A program made the translations under genes and the position numbers. Below, one piece after another: positions 1 to 7,133 of a stretch of 24,000 bases of DNA. Origin of the DNA: Paratissierella segnis (GTDB lineage Bacteria; Bacillota; Clostridia; Tissierellales; Tissierellaceae); contig NZ_JACRTG010000004.1 of assembly GCF_014385195.1 (NCBI RefSeq), positions 20,851 through 44,850 on the forward strand, given 5' to 3'. Below the pieces are notes generated by a model. It was not told the origin of the DNA and did not search any database. It saw only the letters and a list, made by a program, of their open reading frames with translations. Positions within the stretch are counted from its first letter, which is position 1. The number at the start of each line of letters is the position of its first letter.

Positions 1-54
1 TAAAATCCTCCTAACAATTTTAATTAAATTGTTAGGTCCAATTTATATGTTATG

Positions 55-334
55 TCATAAAAAAATCTTTCGCTCCTATCAATATAGCTATAGCTATACT
101 CATAGGGACGAAAGATTATAAATCCGCGGTACCACCCTAATTATGACATATGTCATCGCTCAATCAGACCTAACAGTCCTATCCCTTGTAACGATGGGCT
201 TTCGGATTCGTCTACTTGAAAAATTCGTTTAACGAATCAGCTTAGGAGTGAATATTGCATATCATCTTACTGTTGGCTTCCACCTTTTCCAACTCTCTAG
301 AAATAAGATAGGATATCTTTCTCTCCGTCAAAGC
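55..334 (-). promoter_or_regulatory. T-box leader (tRNA-sensing attenuator) with inferred specifier UUC (Phe). It controls a gene that starts just beyond the left window edge.
   Basis: Read on the minus strand. Stem I starts GCTTTGACGGAGAG (GA/K-turn-like) and carries AGAGAG and GGTGGAAG distal motifs. The specifier loop 3' side ends ATATTC-A-CTCC (codon at plus 250-252). The canonical T-box core GGGTGGTACCGCGG lies at plus 124-138. A 14-bp terminator stem plus U7 lies at plus 59-115. A GGAGGA RBS lies at plus 6-11, next to the window edge. Confidence 0.85.
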
Positions 335-352
335 TTTTTTTGAATTGATACT

Positions 353-381
353 ATTCTATGCTGTTATGAACAATTTGTCAA
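353..381 (-). promoter_or_regulatory. sigma-A type promoter for the Phe T-box leader
   Basis: On the minus strand, TTGACA (plus 376-381), a 17-nt spacer, then TAGAAT (plus 353-358). Confidence 0.6.
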
Positions 382-393
382 TAGATTTTCAAA

Positions 394-1377
394 TTATTTT
401 ATTTTTTCTGAAGTTTTAAAGACTTCATCATTTTCATCTAGCTTTAGAGATTTAAGAGTATTTTCATTAAATACTTTTTTTGTATTGGCTGATGTTTCTG
501 ACGGCAGTTCTCCGGGAGCTTTATTATTTACTAAAATTTCTTGAGCCATTTTAGCAGATTGCTTTCCCAGCTCATAGTAGCTAATACCATCAGTTATCAG
601 TATTCCGCCTTTAACATGAGAATCTTCAGCTCCAACTGTTATAAGATTATTTTCAACAGCCTTTTGCGCTACTACATTGATTGCAGATGCTACCATATTG
701 TCTGTGATGGTATATATGGCATCCACTTTTTTAATTATAGAATCCACTGCTTGAGGAATTTCATTTATAGTTGATATACCAACCGTTATGACTTCTAATC
801 CCTCATCCGGTGCTAAGCTTTTAACCTCATCTATCTGAACTTCAGAATTGTTTTCTCCCGTATTGTACAAAATGCCTATTTTTTTAATATTTGGGTCTAT
901 TTGTTTGAACATTTGTAATTGGGATTTAGTGGGTGCTAGATCCGATGTTCCTGTTACATTTCCTCCCGGATGTTTCATTGAATCTACTAATTCCGATTCG
1001 ACCGGGTCTGTAACCGCACTAAAGATTATAGGAATATCATCTGTAGCTTGTTTTGCACTTTGTGCAGCCGGTGTTGCAATTGCATATATTAAATCCACTT
1101 CATCTTTTACAAACTTTTGCGCAATACTCAATGTATTTGGAATCTCTCCCTGAGCATTTTGATATATAATTTCCGCGTCTACTCCCAATTCTTTTAATCC
1201 GTCTATGAACCCTAATCTGGCATCATCAAGAGCAGGGTGTTCAGAGAGCTGACTGATTCCTATCGTATATTTTTGTGCCTTTGAAGATGCTTTGCTTCCG
1301 CTATTTGTACAACCTGATAACATCAATACACCTACCATAACTACTGCAATTAAACTCTTTACTTTACCTTTTTTCAT
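394..1377 (-). CDS. ABC transporter substrate-binding lipoprotein of the ABC_sub_bind (PF04392 / COG2984) family, probably an amino-acid-binding component
   Basis: 327-aa ORF with a lipoprotein signal (LMLSGC). The N-terminal region YTIGISQLSEHPALDDARLGFIDGLKELG is typical of the family as I recall it. A GGAGGA RBS lies 7 nt upstream, and the gene is directly preceded by a T-box leader. Confidence 0.88.
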   Translation of the reverse strand: MKKGKVKSLIAVVMVGVLMLSGCTNSGSKASSKAQKYTIGISQLSEHPALDDARLGFIDGLKELGVDAEIIYQNAQGEIPNTLSIAQKFVKDEVDLIYAIATPAAQSAKQATDDIPIIFSAVTDPVESELVDSMKHPGGNVTGTSDLAPTKSQLQMFKQIDPNIKKIGILYNTGENNSEVQIDEVKSLAPDEGLEVITVGISTINEIPQAVDSIIKKVDAIYTITDNMVASAINVVAQKAVENNLITVGAEDSHVKGGILITDGISYYELGKQSAKMAQEILVNNKAPGELPSETSANTKKVFNENTLKSLKLDENDEVFKTSEKIK

Positions 1378-1432
1378 TTAAAATCCTCCTAACAATTTTA
1401 ATTAAATTGTTAGGTCCAATTTATATGTTATG

Positions 1433-1714
1433 TCATAAAAAAATCTTTCGCTCCTATCAATATAGCTATAGCTATACTCATAGGGACGAAAGATTATAAA
1501 TCCGCGGTACCACCCTAATTATGACATATGTCATCGCTCAATCAGACCTAACAGTCCTATCCCTTGTAACGATGGGCTTTCGGATTCGTCTACTTGAAAA
1601 ATTCGTTTAACGAATCAGCTTAGGAGTGTATATATCGTATCTTGTTATTGTTGGGTTTCACCTTTGTCCCAACTCTCTAAAAATAATCTAGGATACGTTT
1701 CTCTCCTTCAACGC
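1433..1714 (-). promoter_or_regulatory. T-box leader with inferred specifier UAC (Tyr), controlling the 394-1377 binding-protein gene
   Basis: Read on the minus strand. Stem I starts GCGTTGAAGGAGAG and has AGAGAG and GGTGAAA motifs. The helix CGTATC/GATACG sits above the specifier loop, which ends ATATAC-A-CTCC (codon at plus 1628-1630). The T-box core GGGTGGTACCGCGG is at plus 1502-1516, and the terminator plus U7 at plus 1437-1493. Confidence 0.85.
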
Positions 1715-1732
1715 TTTTATGTAATAAATAAC

Positions 1733-1761
1733 ATTCTAAAGGCTTTATCCCAAAAAGTCAA
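1733..1761 (-). promoter_or_regulatory. sigma-A type promoter for the Tyr T-box leader
   Basis: On the minus strand, TTGACT (plus 1756-1761), a 17-nt spacer, then TAGAAT (plus 1733-1738). Confidence 0.6.
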
Positions 1762-1817
1762 TACCTTTTTTAAAAAAATAAAATAATGTAGTTATTCTAT
1801 GATAATATTGTAGTTAA

Positions 1818-2351
1818 TCATTGTGCCACAAACTCTGCGCCCCGTTCGGTTTTCACTTCTATGGAACTGACATTTAGATATAAATCTGTATAATATTCTT
1901 CCGTGACCAATTCTGGCGTACCAGTTACTCTTATCCAGTCATTTTCATTGGGAAAGTTTCCGTCGTATTTTAAGAGGAATCCGCCCCATCCATCATTTCC
2001 GCAGCAACCCGGGCCATTGCGATAAACGACAGGAGTTGTTTCATTACCGTCCCATGAGTAGAAAAGTGCATATATTCCCTCTACAACAATCGTTTTATCT
2101 TTATAGTCATCAAAGTTAAAATATATATCATTGATCTGAGTTAAGAACATCTTTTCACCGATTTCTAAAATATCTGAGTCTGATGATTTATCATCTTCTT
2201 CTAATGAATCGGAAGCTACAGGCATTTGAATTTCAGTGGTTTCACTGGATGAGGGTTCTTCAAAATCAGCTTTACCGACTCCGCTGCCACAAGCGGATAA
2301 AAGCATACAAAGAAAAAGAATAGTGCACATCATTTTGTATTTATTTATCAT
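1818..2351 (-). CDS. Lipoprotein of unknown function with an acidic linker and a C-terminal beta-rich domain carrying a GPGCCGNDGWGG motif. It is the last gene of the zinc-type ABC operon.
   Basis: 177-aa ORF with lipobox LLSAC. It overlaps the permease stop by 11 nt, which suggests translational coupling. The CC-x-x-D motif recalls the C-terminal domain of DUF1980/TIGR03943 proteins; this is from memory and unverified. Confidence 0.7.
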   Translation of the reverse strand: MINKYKMMCTILFLCMLLSACGSGVGKADFEEPSSSETTEIQMPVASDSLEEDDKSSDSDILEIGEKMFLTQINDIYFNFDDYKDKTIVVEGIYALFYSWDGNETTPVVYRNGPGCCGNDGWGGFLLKYDGNFPNENDWIRVTGTPELVTEEYYTDLYLNVSSIEVKTERGAEFVAQ

Positions 2352-3183
2352 GGATAGTTACTCCTTTCACCGTTTTGATCAGCCAATAAAGGAAGAACAC
2401 AATTATATTGCATAAGACGATACTGGCTCCTGTAGGTGTTGCATAGACATAGGATATTGTCAATCCAATCCATAGACATATAACTGAGATGATTGCCGAA
2501 TTTACGATGACAGTCTTAAATCTTTTGCATAACCGCATGGAAGTTAGTGCTGGGAATACGATCAAGCTGGTAATCAGCAAAGCTCCCATCATCCGCATAC
2601 CCAGCACTATGATCAATGCAGTTAGGAGGGCAATCAGCATATTATAAAGTTCGGCGTTGGTTCCTGTCGCCTTCGCAAAAGATTCGTCAAAAGTAACGGC
2701 AAAGATGCGGTTGTAGAATAAGACGAATAGGAGAAGTACAACAACTGATAGAATAACACTCAAATTGACATCACTTTGTGACATGCTGAGGATGCTGCCG
2801 AACAGATAGTTGCATACATCTGTATTCATGCCTGTTGTCATAGAAATAATCATCACTCCTACGGCTAGAGCCCCTGTAGAAATCAGGGCAATCGCAGCAT
2901 CGCCTTTGATTTTGCTGCTTTCACTGATTCTGAGTAATAGAAATGCCGCCAACACGACGATAGGAATTGAAACCGTAAGTGGAGACATATTCAGCGCTGT
3001 AGCCAACGCCAAAGCGCCAAAACCTACATGGGAAAGTCCATCTCCAATCATGGAATACCTTTTAAGTACAAGACTTACACCCAGCAGCGACGAACAAAGA
3101 GCTACTATTGTACCTACAAAAATTGCCCTTACCATAAAGGGATAAGAAAACATCTCTTTGAGCAAATCAAGCACGAAAACCAC
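2341..3183 (-). CDS. znuB: Metal (zinc-type) ABC transporter permease, ABC-3 / ZnuB family
   Basis: 280-aa polytopic membrane ORF with the sequence character of TroCD/ZnuB permeases. It overlaps the upstream ATPase gene and sits in a znuA-znuC-znuB context. Confidence 0.85.
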   Translation of the reverse strand: MVFVLDLLKEMFSYPFMVRAIFVGTIVALCSSLLGVSLVLKRYSMIGDGLSHVGFGALALATALNMSPLTVSIPIVVLAAFLLLRISESSKIKGDAAIALISTGALAVGVMIISMTTGMNTDVCNYLFGSILSMSQSDVNLSVILSVVVLLLFVLFYNRIFAVTFDESFAKATGTNAELYNMLIALLTALIIVLGMRMMGALLITSLIVFPALTSMRLCKRFKTVIVNSAIISVICLWIGLTISYVYATPTGASIVLCNIIVFFLYWLIKTVKGVTIHDK

Positions 3184-3877
3184 CTCCCATAAACCTACGG
3201 CCTATTTCACTATTTTTATAATCCGCTGTTGTTCCGAAGAAAAGCTGAGTGTGATAGAGATGAAGAATATGCTTTGCATATTGTACTGCCGAATGGATGT
3301 CATGGGAAACCATAATAACGGTAATCTCCATATCTTGGTTAATCTTTCGTATCAACTCGTATAATTCCTGTGTAACCATCGGATCTAGTCCTGCCGCGGG
3401 TTCATCTAATAAAATCAGTTTTTGGGTGGAACATAAGGCACGAGCCAATAATACCCGTTGCTGTTGGCCGCCGGATAGCTCGCGATAGCAACGATCTCTC
3501 AGATCTATAATATCCATTCGCAGTAAGTTTTCCTCGACAAGAGTTTTTTCTTTTTTTGTATAAAATGGTTTGATACCCAATCTATTTAAGCATCCGGAGA
3601 GAACAACTTCATAGACGCTTGCAGGGAAATCCTTTTGTACTATAGTCTGCTGAGGAAGATAGCCGATTTCGTTAGCCATAAGTCCGTTTTCTATACTGAT
3701 AGTACCGCTTGATGGTTTTTTGAGCCGCAGCAAACCTTTAATCAATGTGCTTTTTCCGGCTCCATTTTCTCCTACAACACAGAGATAATCACCCTGTTCT
3801 ACAGAAAAATTGAGATCTTTCACAGCGGGGAATCCATCATATGTAAAGGAAATATTTTTGCATGTAATCAAATTCAT
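3167..3877 (-). CDS. znuC: Metal ABC transporter ATP-binding protein, ZnuC family
   Basis: Walker A GENGAGKST, signature LSGGQQQR, Walker B LILLDEP and H-loop SHD. At 236 aa its size is typical of cluster-9 metal importers. Confidence 0.9.
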   Translation of the reverse strand: MNLITCKNISFTYDGFPAVKDLNFSVEQGDYLCVVGENGAGKSTLIKGLLRLKKPSSGTISIENGLMANEIGYLPQQTIVQKDFPASVYEVVLSGCLNRLGIKPFYTKKEKTLVEENLLRMDIIDLRDRCYRELSGGQQQRVLLARALCSTQKLILLDEPAAGLDPMVTQELYELIRKINQDMEITVIMVSHDIHSAVQYAKHILHLYHTQLFFGTTADYKNSEIGRRFMGGGFRA

Positions 3878-3969
3878 AATACAAATGTTACCTCTCTTTC
3901 AAATAGAATTAAAAATAAAGTTAAATAAGATTAGCAGCAGTGATATATTTACTACCGCTGCTGACCCTG

Positions 3970-4956
3970 TTAGTTTAAGGCGGTACGGAGACTTTCCACA
4001 TTTTCGGACATCATAGATAGGTATGTGACTCCTGCATCCATTTGATCTTTGGTAATATTGTGACAGGAATACAGTGTCATTTTCTCCGCTCCTGTTGCTT
4101 CACAAATGGAATCTGCAATTTTTCCATCTGAAAGCTCTATTGTGAATACAACGGGTAATTGTTCTTTTTTAATCTTATCCACTAGAAATGCCACTGTAGC
4201 AGCACTGGCTTCAGTTTCTGTCGAACAGCCTGTAAACGCAGCATAATAGCTAAGATCATACTCATCAGCAAAATATCTGAACGGGAAACGGTCACCGAAT
4301 ACAATAGTTTTGCGCTTTGCACTCTCTACAACCTCACGGAAGGAAATATCCAAATCATTCAACTGTTTAATATAGTTTGCACTGTTTTTTTCATATATGT
4401 CGGCATTTCCCTTATCTTTCTCGATCATTAAAGAAGTAATTTTATTCACGATTTCAATGGCATTTTTGGGCGAAGTCCATACATGTTCGTCAATTTCTTC
4501 TTCATGTTCGTGTTCATCTTCATGTTCGTGTTCATCTTCATGCTCATCTTCATGTTCATGCTCCATTCCCTCCACGATTTCCTCTGTTACGGTAGTAATA
4601 CAATCCACCAGTCGTAAGGTGTCCGGCTTCTTATCTCCCATAGAATTCAGAATATCGTCTACCCATACATCATTTTCACCGCCGATATAAATAAACAGGT
4701 CACAATTTTGGATGGATTTGATGTCTTGGGGAGTGGGTTCATAAGAGTGACTCTCCGCACCAGGTTTTAGCAGCATTGTTACGTCTGCTTTATCGTCTGC
4801 GATTTGACGCGCAAAATCGTATTGCGGAAAAATTGTTGTGACAATAGATAATTTATCCATGTCTGAGTTTTCATCCTGCGTATTCGATGAATTGCAACCG
4901 GTCAGGCAGGAAAGGGTCAATATAAGCGTCAAGCAAAGAATAAATATTTTTTTCAT
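3970..4956 (-). CDS. znuA: Zinc ABC transporter substrate-binding lipoprotein (ZnuA/AdcA, TroA-like) with a His/Glu-rich loop
   Basis: The lipoprotein signal MKKIFILCLTLILTLSCLTGC follows a GGAGG RBS. I therefore place the start at 4956 rather than the ORF-track 4992. The loop HEHEDEHEDEHEHEDEHEHEE is characteristic of zinc-specific members. Confidence 0.88.
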   Translation of the reverse strand: MKKIFILCLTLILTLSCLTGCNSSNTQDENSDMDKLSIVTTIFPQYDFARQIADDKADVTMLLKPGAESHSYEPTPQDIKSIQNCDLFIYIGGENDVWVDDILNSMGDKKPDTLRLVDCITTVTEEIVEGMEHEHEDEHEDEHEHEDEHEHEEEIDEHVWTSPKNAIEIVNKITSLMIEKDKGNADIYEKNSANYIKQLNDLDISFREVVESAKRKTIVFGDRFPFRYFADEYDLSYYAAFTGCSTETEASAATVAFLVDKIKKEQLPVVFTIELSDGKIADSICEATGAEKMTLYSCHNITKDQMDAGVTYLSMMSENVESLRTALN

Positions 4957-5059
4957 GTTATTATAACCTCCGTAATTCTGATTTTTGGGCACAAAAATAC
5001 AAGGACATTGTTATGCAGCCTTAAAAATGGACATAATACGCCCTTGTTGGATGGAGGGT

Positions 5060-5359
5060 TTAATTATTCATTCGGATTTTTTGATTTATAGGAGTTGAGC
5101 ATGGCAAAATGGGCAATGCTGCAATTAACGCCGCCAAAGCCACAATAAGTGAGGAGATAATAGCGAAAGAAGCTACAATCCCTGATGAGAGCTGCTTTAA
5201 GGTTTGTTTCACGATATGAATACAGGCACAAATAGGACAGAATTCACCTGTACAGTCATGATCCGCTTCTTCTGCGATATATATTAAGGAAAAGAGGGAC
5301 ACAAGGATAAAGCATAAGCATACTAAAAAAATTAAATGACGCTTAAATTCTTTTTTCAC
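5060..5359 (-). CDS. Small two-TM membrane protein with the motif H-x-C-x4-C-P-x-C-x-C-x-H. It is the first gene upstream of znuA; function unknown.
   Basis: 99-aa ORF with a GTG start 6 nt after a strong AAGGAGGG RBS. It has two hydrophobic helices, with HDCTGEFCPICACIH between them. Confidence 0.65.
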   Translation of the reverse strand: MKKEFKRHLIFLVCLCFILVSLFSLIYIAEEADHDCTGEFCPICACIHIVKQTLKQLSSGIVASFAIISSLIVALAALIAALPILPCSTPINQKIRMNN

Positions 5360-5495
5360 AGTAGTCCCTCCTTTTAAATAAATTCAAACAGATCGATTTA
5401 AGTACATTAATTACATGTTCAGTTTACTATATAAGTTCATGCGGTGTCAAGATAAACTGAAAATGGTCGTGTAAATAGGGAAATGTTTTGACTTT

Positions 5496-5547
5496 AATGA
5501 GTTTCAAGAGAAGCTACCTTAAATGCATAATTAGAAGCTTTTCTTAT
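5496..5547. repeat. Copy 1 of a 52-bp direct repeat in the divergent intergenic region
   Basis: AATGAGTTTCAAGAGAAGCTACCTTAAATGCATAATTAGAAGCTTTTCTTAT is identical at 5598-5649. It contains an internal imperfect inverted repeat AAGAGAAGC / GCTTTTCTT. Confidence 0.9.
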
Positions 5548-5597
5548 AACGAATAGGAAAATTCTACTTTAATTGAAGTAATAAAGAATTTTTCGTC

Positions 5598-5649
5598 AAT
5601 GAGTTTCAAGAGAAGCTACCTTAAATGCATAATTAGAAGCTTTTCTTAT
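5598..5649. repeat. Copy 2 of the 52-bp direct repeat
   Basis: Identical to 5496-5547, with starts 102 bp apart. Confidence 0.9.
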
Positions 5650-5733
5650 TGTATATGGGTTTTTAATGCGATACAATATTAAAAAGGGAAATGTGAGGTA
5701 ATACGTTTTTATGCTTATACTAAGGAGAATACA

Positions 5734-6621
5734 ATGAAAATAATATATATTATAACTTTAGTTATATTTTTACTAACAGGATGTAAACAAGAATTAAATA
5801 ATGATATTCCCAACCAGGAGGATAAGCCTAATGAATTGATAGTACAAGAACCTGAAACCTCTGACGAAGAACTTATCAATCCTGAAGGGGTGACAATAGA
5901 AGAAAGATATTTGGCTCCAAAAGGATACAAAAGAATAGAGACTCTTGAAAATAGCTTTGGTGAATTTTTGAGGAATCAGAAATTGAAGCCATATGGGGAA
6001 AAAGTACTTTATTATGATGGAAGAGAGAAAAACAAAAGCAACGTATATGACAGCGTATTTGATATTGATATAGGAGATAGGGATTTGCATCAGTGTGCAG
6101 ATGCGGTTATGCTGTTGAGGGCTGAATATTTATATTCTCAAGGGTTTTATGATAAGATACATTTCAACTTTGTTTCTGGATTTAAAGCTGAATATAGTAA
6201 ATGGATGGAAGGATATAGGATAAAGGTTGATGGGAACACTGTAAGCTATTATAAAAGAGCTGATCCGACAAATACATATGAATCCTTTAGGAAGTTCATG
6301 GATATGGTATTTGCTTATTCAGGGACATTGTCTTTGGATAGAGAATTGGAGAGTGTAGAAATAGATGATATGGAAATAGGAGATGTGTTTATAGTCGGAG
6401 GAAGTCCGGGGCACGCTATAATTGTTGTAGATATGGCAGAAAATGAAATTGGAGAAAGACTTTTTATGCTAGCCCAATCCTATATGCCTGCTCAGCAAAC
6501 ACAGCTTTTGGTAAATCTGGGTGATAAAGAGATAAGCCCTTGGTATAGATTAAAAGATGGAGATAAACTTAAAACCCCGGAATGGACTTTTGATTGGGAT
6601 GATTTGAAAAGATTTAAATGA
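5734..6621 (+). CDS. Lipoprotein, DUF4846-like
   Basis: 295 aa with lipobox LLTGC. The blocks DLHQCADAVMLLRAEYLY, IHFNFVSGF, GDVFIVGGSPGHAIIVVDMA and LAQSYMPAQ match my recollection of DUF4846 proteins. Confidence 0.7.
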   Translation: MKIIYIITLVIFLLTGCKQELNNDIPNQEDKPNELIVQEPETSDEELINPEGVTIEERYLAPKGYKRIETLENSFGEFLRNQKLKPYGEKVLYYDGREKNKSNVYDSVFDIDIGDRDLHQCADAVMLLRAEYLYSQGFYDKIHFNFVSGFKAEYSKWMEGYRIKVDGNTVSYYKRADPTNTYESFRKFMDMVFAYSGTLSLDRELESVEIDDMEIGDVFIVGGSPGHAIIVVDMAENEIGERLFMLAQSYMPAQQTQLLVNLGDKEISPWYRLKDGDKLKTPEWTFDWDDLKRFK

Positions 6622-6646
6622 TACCAAGTAGAAAGAAGGGAAGATT

Positions 6647-7108
6647 ATGATAAGGGAGATTATTGAGACTGATTTTGAACAACTCAAAGTTATGTACCGG
6701 GAAATACAAGATATTCATGTGATAAATAGACCTGATGTTTATAAGGCTGTCAACCCTCTAAGTTGTGAATACTTTCAATTTTCATTAACGGACAAAGATA
6801 CTTTAGCTACTGTGTATGAGAAGGATAATGAATTGATTGGATTCTGTGTTACTGTATTAAAATCTATCAGTAACCATCCCGTCATGAAAGATAAAAAAAG
6901 TGGATTTATGGAAGCCTTGTTTGTAAAACAGAACTATAGGAAACAAGGTATCGGTCGAGAATTGTTTATTGATATAAAGGATAAGCTTAAAGAAAGAGGC
7001 ATAGATAAATTGGAATTGATGGTTTGGAGCTTTAACGAAGGTGCAATTAATTTTTACAGAAATGAAGGAATGGAAACAAGAAGTGAAATTATGGAGTTAT
7101 CGTTATAA
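6647..7108 (+). CDS. GNAT family N-acetyltransferase
   Basis: 153 aa with the acetyl-CoA motif RKQGIGRELF and a C-terminal FYRNEGM. Confidence 0.85.
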   Translation: MIREIIETDFEQLKVMYREIQDIHVINRPDVYKAVNPLSCEYFQFSLTDKDTLATVYEKDNELIGFCVTVLKSISNHPVMKDKKSGFMEALFVKQNYRKQGIGRELFIDIKDKLKERGIDKLELMVWSFNEGAINFYRNEGMETRSEIMELSL

Positions 7109-7133
7109 ATAAAAAATAGAGGGAGGAAGATAA

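Noticed and set aside
541-1153. Plus-strand ORFs 541-774 and 848-1153
   Set aside because: They lie antisense inside the well-supported binding-protein CDS. They have no RBS and low-complexity translations.
2810-4016. Plus-strand ORFs 2810-3145, 3158-3364, 3297-3488 and 3810-4016
   Set aside because: They are antisense shadows of znuB and znuC, with no RBS and no recognisable motifs.
4397-4690. Plus-strand ORF with a Ser/Cys-rich repeat (SSCSCSSS...)
   Set aside because: It is the reverse-complement reading of the His/Glu loop repeat of znuA, so it is an artefact of the repetitive DNA.
5360-5460. Search for a Zur operator upstream of the zinc operon (ACATGTAATTAATGTAC and AAATCG-N8-GAATTT)
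   Set aside because: I found only weak partial dyad symmetry: about 12 of 19 self-complementary positions, and ATGTA is a direct rather than an inverted repeat. There is no convincing match to the TCGTAAT-N-ATTACGA type box I know, so I made no call.
5498-5683. Short ATG-initiated frames starting inside each 52-bp repeat (MSFKRSYLKCIIRSFSY...)
   Set aside because: Neither copy has a Shine-Dalgarno sequence upstream. The C-termini differ because they read out of the repeat. The related metN-leader copy does not conserve the frame.
5715-6090. Minus-strand ORFs 5715-5930 and 5794-6090
   Set aside because: They are antisense to the DUF4846-like CDS, with low-complexity translations.
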